A stretch of 64,000 bases of DNA from Zancudomyces culisetae HAW-14-8 (Eukaryota; Fungi; Kickxellomycota). Every line of letters begins with the position of its first letter. Position 1 is the stretch's first letter. The position numbers and the translations under genes are program-made. The DNA lies in NCBI GenBank assembly GCA_052426225.1, contig JBNJNM010000012.1:930001-994000 (forward strand). Direction: 5' to 3'. The notes under the pieces are model-generated. The model was not told the origin of the DNA. It saw nothing but the letters and a program-made list of their open reading frames with translations, and did no database searches. Shown here one piece after another: positions 57,401 to 64,000 of this stretch.

Positions 57401-59577
57401 ACAAAGATGTTGTTATACTTATGGATTACACTTTCAAGCTCCACCTCCAGGCACGATCCTCTTCCTACTGGTCCTTGCTTTAAGATAGCGTACAGTTCAG
57501 CTTTTTCATCTTCCATGTTCAAATCTGCGGATGTTTCTAGCCTTGTAACTACTTCCACGTTTTCGATTGGTATCCTTAGTTCAGGTACTTTAAGATTCAA
57601 CGAAGCCTTATGTTGTAGTAACCAATCGGTTCCTAGGATAAGAGTATCGTCATTTCTGGACATAACGATCAGATTTACTGGTAATATGAAGCTTGCAATC
57701 ATTAACGGCACCTGCGACAACCTTCCTAGGGTGTTATGCCTCTTCCCATCCGCCGTCACTAATGTTAGCCCACTTTTACTATCCATGTCCAATCCCCAAC
57801 CCTCCATTAGGTTGTAAGTAACAACGGAGCAAGCCGCCCCTGTATCCACCACTGCCCACAATTTTTGTCCGAATACTTGCACCATTATTCTGCAATTAGA
57901 TGTTTTTCTTTCTTGAACTTGTATTTCGTTTAGTTCCATAACCTTGTCCTTTTTGAGGAAGCTCTTCAACTCTTCTGAGTATATTGGGGCATTCTCAATT
58001 AACTGTAAAGCATCAATTTTTGGGTAGACCTTGCGCAACTCTTCGATAATGGAGAAGGTCTTGTTGGTGCCTTTCAACAGCTGGTAGTTTTTACCTCTTG
58101 AAATGTTTGATTCTAGCCTATTCTCATCTCCCAGCGATTCATCCCCAACTTCCGCTGTCGGATGGGCCACACCACTGGTCTCTTCCGGTGTAGAGTGGAC
58201 TCCCCTAGTGCGTGCGGTCCTGTACTTAGTAGGGCGTTGTTCTGTTGCTCCACTGGCTATGTCACTGTGCTTTCTTTTATCAATTGCATACACCTGTGCA
58301 TCGTCTTCCACTGCACTATGGTTCTCAATTACCTCAATATAATTTATGTTCTTTTGAATGTCTACCTTGCTACCATCGCTTGAACCGCTTTCTTTTATCT
58401 TCGGACACTCATACTTACGATGGCCTATTTCATTACACGAATAACATTTTACCACAAAGGGCTGTACTCTTCTATTACTTGTAGCCGCTTCCTTAAGTTT
58501 TTGATCAACTACTTGCTCTACTTTTGTGATCAGACTCACACTCATTTCCTCGAATCTTTTCATCATGTCACTGTACGCTACTGAGTTTTTTGCAATTTCC
58601 TTAACACTTTTCCCTTTTGATGCAGCGTTCGTGGTATAATCCTTCGCTTGAACTTTAGAATCCTTGTGATCCCCTTTCTTTGGACTTACCACTGAGCCAT
58701 CCTCAACCTTTGTGATTAATTCAATTACCTTATCCCACTCAGTTATGCTGTTTTCTTCAACTTTCTCTTTAAATTCTACTCTAAGTGTACTAACTAAAAA
58801 ATCGAATCTGTTCCCAATATCTTTGATGTTAGCTTTATTTAGTAAATGATTCAACTCCACTTCAAGTTCTTCTATACTATCAAATTCAGACTGTTTAATC
58901 GATCGCAACCGATTCCAAATTTTCTCCTTTGAATCTGTAGTACCATATTTTTCTTTGAATCTTTTGCTTAATTCCTCCCAGCTGGTAAATTTTACTTTGT
59001 TCTTCTTGAACCATATCTTTTCCTTGTTCCCTAAAAATAACTTCACAAGGTCAATAAGGTATCTTCCGGCCAACTATTCAACTTTGCGACCAGTTTGAAG
59101 TCCTCAATCCACTCTGCTGGATCTATCCCTTTTCCAGATTCAAATTGCTTTGGTGATGTTATAACCATTTTCTTTATCTCTCTATAATAGAATTATTATT
59201 TTCTAGTCGAATCCTTAAATGAAAATAATCTGAAGGACTTATAGGTCCCACCGTGATCGCCACTGTCAGATACTAACGTTTTTATGCTAGTATCTCTTAT
59301 ATTTAATACTACTATGCTAAATATAAAACTATGTTATTCTATTTTTAAATATTACTATGTTTTATTTCAGACCTAAGTTGTATATCTTTTTTCCTAAATT
59401 AACTATTTATTGTGTAACATTTATAAAAAACTAACTAAAAAACTCTTATATAAGATACTACTAAAAAATTATATTTAAAAACGAAATGTTATTAGAAAAA
59501 ATCACTAGGATAAAAAAAACTAATGCATTTCGGATTCGTAACCAGTTACGAATCAATTGTCAATTTGCTATATGACA
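54406..59577 (-). mobile_element. Full-length Ty3/Gypsy LTR retrotransposon (family C)
   Basis: LTRs 54406-54721 and 59264-59577 (a few differences); TSD ATGT (54402-54405 / 59578-59581); PBS TGGCGATCACGGTGGGAC (59245-59262, tRNA-Arg-like); PPT AAAAGGGGGGAG; 6 bp from the tRNA-Ser 5' end. Confidence 0.96.
54733..59168 (-). pseudogene. Family C Gag-Pol with a frameshift (~59060) and a TAA at a conserved Trp (56167-56169)
   Basis: ATG at 59168 gives MVITSPKQFESGKGIDPAEWIEDF..., which shifts into the 968-aa ORF; GRVAR*AMVLR compared with GRVARWAM in relatives; all pol motifs present. Confidence 0.9.
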
Positions 59578-59578
59578 A

Positions 59579-62500
59579 TGTCTGTGTAATATTTAAAATT
59601 TATATTATATTACCCGTTATGGGTGCACAGTGTCAATACACTAGTTACTTCCTTCACGGATAGTGTTTAAGCTCACCGTTTATGTTAATAACTGAGTTTT
59701 GTGTAGACACTTGTTATATTTTACTATTGTAGTTTATTTTTTATGATATACTTAATAAAAATTGATAATAATCTTTTTCTTAAAACTAGAAATCCAAACT
59801 CCTATATAAAAGTAATGATAACACGAACTTGTTATCAAGGAAGTAGGAAAAAACCCTCCTAGGGAGAAAAGTCCAATCTTCCCAATAAAATGATAATAAT
59901 AATAATAATAATACTATGACTCATTAATAAATTACCTAACCAATTTCTGACAAGGGGTAATCCATCCATTTCTATATGACAGATACTCCCCTACCAGATT
60001 GGACTTATCGTTGGGACATTTTTAAACCGTCTTAACTTGGTACGTAACGCAGACGACACCTCAGGTATCATGTTCTTACTGTAGTGAAACTGTTTTAGCA
60101 TATCCCCATTGACCAGATCTCTCTTCCCTTCGTTATCCGTTATTATATAAGTTCCCTTGGATAATACATTTTCCACTTGATAGGGTCCCTCCCAGATCTC
60201 CTCTAGCTTACTCTGGGTTTGCTCTGTCATCTTTAGTACTAAGTCCCCTTGATTGAATTTGTACGGTTTAACCTGCTTGTTATATGATTCACGATCCTTT
60301 TCTTTAGCGAGTACGTTATTCCTTACACTATCAGTTCTCATCTCCGGCAATGATGATTTTATAGCATCAATTCGTTCTTGTACTGCAATATCTAGATTGT
60401 CAACATCGGGAGGCGGAGTCCATACGCTAGGGGTAGCAATTTGCACTCCGTATAGCAACTCAGCAGGACTATACTTGGTAGATTTGTTTCTCATTGTCCG
60501 GATTGCAAGTAGCGATTTCCAAATGAACTTATCCCAGTTTTGTTTGTCCTTTCGACATTGTCGCACTAATGCATTCTTCAGGGTTTGATTCAGCCGTTCC
60601 ACTTGGCCGTTGCTTTGGGGGCGATACGGCGTTGTCGGTGTGTGACGAATTCCCAATTCCTTATATACCTGTTCCGCCAAGTCGCTCACAAATCCTGAGC
60701 CGCGGTCGGTTATGATTTGGCTAGGCACCCCGAACCACTGAATAATATGGGTTAGTATAAAACTAATAATGGTCTCAGTCTTTATATTACTTACTGCAGC
60801 GGCCACTGGCCACTTAGTAAAGTAATCAATTCCCGTTAAAATAAATCTATTACCTGTTTTACTCACCGGATTGATGGGTCCAATTGCATCTAATCCAAAT
60901 ATGCTGAATGGTCGCGGGCTAAATATAGGATTTAGGTTGCTTCTTCGTGTTCTTCCACCTTTATATCTTTGGCAGGTGATACATTCATTAACTATTTTTT
61001 TCACAACTTCATATAGTCCTTTGCCAGTGTATTTCTCTTTCACCTTTAGCCATGTGTTTTCTATACCATTGTGTCCCTCTTCATGAATGGTGGATATAGT
61101 CTCCTCAATGTTTTTCTCGTGCAGGACCTCCTTGACTTGTCCTTTTATAACACGGCACAGTCTATCGTTTTTCAGTGTATATTTCCGTGCCTTGTTACGC
61201 AACTTCTCCCGAAACCTCTCATCTGCTCCTCTAGGGTACTCTTTCTCTCTCAAGTAAGTCGTAATAGCCGTGTAATATAGAAAGTCAAGCGTGAGTATGT
61301 CCAGTTCTTCAATGGAAGTCGAGGGTTCATTGGTTGGGAGCCTAGACAACGCGTCAGCTGGGTTCCGCTTTCCCATACAATGCACAATGGAGTAATTATA
61401 GTTGCGGAGTATCATTGCCCAACGGGCGACACGTCCGGTTATGTCTTTACCATTAAACAGTTGTATTAGCGCCTTGTGGTCAGTACGGATGGTAAAATGT
61501 TTACCCCACAAGTATTGTCTTAATTTCTTTACGGACCATACTACAGCAAGTCCCTCTAAATGTGCCACTGAATAGTTTCTCTCATGTGGGTTTAAAATGC
61601 GACTTAAATAGCAAATCGGCCTTTCACCGTCTTCAAATTCCTGGGAGAGGATCGCCCCAATGCCTATAATGGAGGCGTCCGTTGTAACAATAAATTCCCG
61701 CGTCCAATCTGGATGGGATAAAACTGGAGTCTCGCAAAGTTGTTTCTTTAGTTCTTCTACTGCTGACTGATGTTCCGACTGCCAACTCCACACTGTATTC
61801 TTTTTGAGCAGCTTCAATAACGGGGCTACGATTCTGGCATAGTTCTCCACGAACTTTCGGTAGTAACCAGTCAGTCCAAGGAACGATTGAAGTTCCTTAA
61901 CCGACTTCGGCGACTCGGCTTTTTGTATAGCAATTATTTTATCCATACACGTCTCAATACCCTTACCTGAGATGGTGTGTCCTAAGTATGTTAACGAATT
62001 TACGGCTAAACTACATTTATTCTTGTGAAGTTGTATATTGTTAGTTTTAAGAAGCTGTAGAACCTCACGGACATCGACTAGATGTTGTTCAAAGGATGTT
62101 GAGTATACCACAATATCATCTATGAAGACGACCGTAGTCTTCCAGAGCACAGGTGCGAGAGCTTTTTCCATCATTCGCTGGAAGGAGGCTGGGCTATTCG
62201 TGAGCCCAAACGGCATCACGTTATAGCAGTACGTCCCACTTCCAGGAATTGCGAAGGCAGTTTTATCGCGATCTTCCAGCGCCATGGGTATCTGCCAATA
62301 CCCACTTAAGGCGTCAAACGAGCTAAATATGGTGGCACCAGCTAATGCCATAAAAATGTCATCTATGGTGGGGAGAGGATAGGAATCCTTCCGGGTGACT
62401 TGGTTCAGTTTGCGGTAGTCCGCACAGATTCGGAGCTTACCGTTCTTTTTCCAGACTGCTACAACGGGTGAGCACCACTCCGATGTGCAGGGCGCAATAA

Positions 62501-64000
62501 CGCCATTCTTCTCCATAATCTCTAGCTCAGTACGGACCTTTTCATATAAGTGGAATGGTATGCGGTATGGACGTTGTCGGATGGGAGTATCCTGTGTTAG
62601 CTCGATACGATGTTGAGTAACATTCGTCTGGGTGAGCTGTTCTACATCCTCAATGAATAGTTCTTTGTTTTCCTCTATCAGTTCCGTGACCCGCGGGTCC
62701 ATAGCTACCTCCTCTGTTCCCTCATCTTGACGTTCACTGATCACTAAATAACTTCCGCTTCATCTGAATCTGCTCCTTCTGCTGCTACGCGAGTGTAAAG
62801 GGGTGCTAGCAATAATTGTTTTCCTACTGGTAGTGCTAGTTCACCTTTCTGCATATCTAGTTTCGTTTTGTGGGCTAAAAGCCAATCCGTTCCTAATATG
62901 AGAATATCGTCAGTTCTTTCCATGATAGTAATGTCAGTAGCGAAGATATACTTTCCTATTTGCACCGGTACATCTCTAATTATCCCCCGAGGTGCATGCC
63001 TTCGGCCGTCCGCTGTGACTATCACTTGTCCATCCGACTGCTCCGTGATTAGACCCCATCCATATACTAAGTTTGGAGTAGCTACAGAGCACGCGGCCCC
63101 TGTATCTACAACTGCCCACATTCTCCTTCCAAATATGGTGATCTCAATTTTGCAACTGGATGTCTTAGATGGATTTAGTCGTATCTCATTTATCTCCTCT
63201 TTTTTTACCTTTTTTGCTAGTTGACTCATATCATGTGTTAATTGTGGAGCAGCCTGTATCAGTTGGGGTAGGCTTATATGAGGGTAGTAACTCTTCAGGT
63301 CCTCCACTAAGCTAAATGGTTCTATACCTTCTGTAATCTTTGGTATCAACTTATTTCTGCTTTTTGGTGGCTCCTCTTTTGTTGCATGATCTTTCGCTGT
63401 TCCAACCACTTGAGGTTTAGCTGGTGGCTCTACCTCCATTTCTGCTCGCACTTCATCCCTGTTGCGTTGTGACATCCTTGTATGGGTAGTAATTGGAGTC
63501 ATCTTCTTATTACTAAAGTCATATGGTTTTTGTACTCCCCTTGGATGTATACCTCTCTGTACTGCAAATACGTCGGTGTCTTCCTCGTTACCAGTAGAAA
63601 GTTCAATAAAATTTACACTGGTATCTTGTACTTTACTCTGCTCTGGACAATCTGGTACTTTGTGTCCTTCGACCCCACACTTAAAACACTTGATGGGACC
63701 CCTGGTGTATGACTGTGGTCTGGGTCTACGATGCTCCCGGAGCTTGTTTTCCATCAACTCGTCAACCTTGGTGAGGAGATTCAAACTCCACTCCTCCATC
63801 TTCTTAACCATTTCTCCGTAACCTAACTTTTCCTGGGCCATATCCTTAATCGGCCTGCCCGAATGCGGAAGCTGAATGCGTGGTTTAGTTTGTTTTTTAT
63901 TGTTTTCTTTTTCAATAGCACTTGGCTTTCGCTGTATAGCTAATTGTTGTTCATCTTTACTTATTAGTTCAACAATCTCTGTCCAGCTTTCAACTCCTGC
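59579..64000 (-). mobile_element. Ty3/Gypsy LTR retrotransposon (family D), running off the window edge
   Basis: 3' LTR TGTC...ATGACA ~59579-59981, PPT, pol and gag; its first bases overlap the family C TSD. Confidence 0.9.
59991..64000 (-). pseudogene. Family D Gag-Pol (partial) with a 1-nt frameshift near 62750
   Basis: CFKCGVEGHKVPDC, DTGA, FIDD, TDAS, integrase DDE, GPY; frame open to the window edge; adding one T restores EAEVYLVISE, matching ETEVYFLLKE of family A. Confidence 0.88.

Noticed and set aside
62740-62760. Programmed frameshift in family D
   Set aside because: It lies after the protease, has no slippery heptamer, and relatives are in frame there; a 1-nt deletion or sequencing error is simpler.

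Overview
AT-rich eukaryotic DNA (probably fungal; inferred from the element types) with no recognisable host protein gene. It is almost all transposable elements organised around three minus-strand tRNA loci: Thr(AGT) at 4000-4072, His(GTG) at 29697-29767, and a Ser(GCT)-Val(CAC) pair only 3 nt apart at 54242-54399. The main pattern is that each tRNA locus anchors a polarised stack of LTR elements on its 5' side. Several distinct Ty3/Gypsy families have inserted within about 3-15 bp of the mature tRNA 5' end. They are single-ORF gag-pol elements with an F(V/I)DD RT motif, 4-bp TSDs where detectable, and tRNA-Pro/Arg-like PBS. They often land in the first bases of the previous element's LTR, so the youngest copy is next to the tRNA and older solo LTRs are pushed outward. 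All their integrases share a C-terminal tail, (M/L)IP(D/E)(V/I)x4-5(L/I)xxxLxxFK, a candidate Pol III-targeting module. Between the stacks are untargeted elements: a Tf1-like self-priming chromovirus nested in an L1-like LINE, three Tc1-type DNA transposons, a decayed DIRS element with a methyltransferase-like domain, and other Gypsy relics. Coordinates were read by eye; boundaries of decayed elements are approximate.
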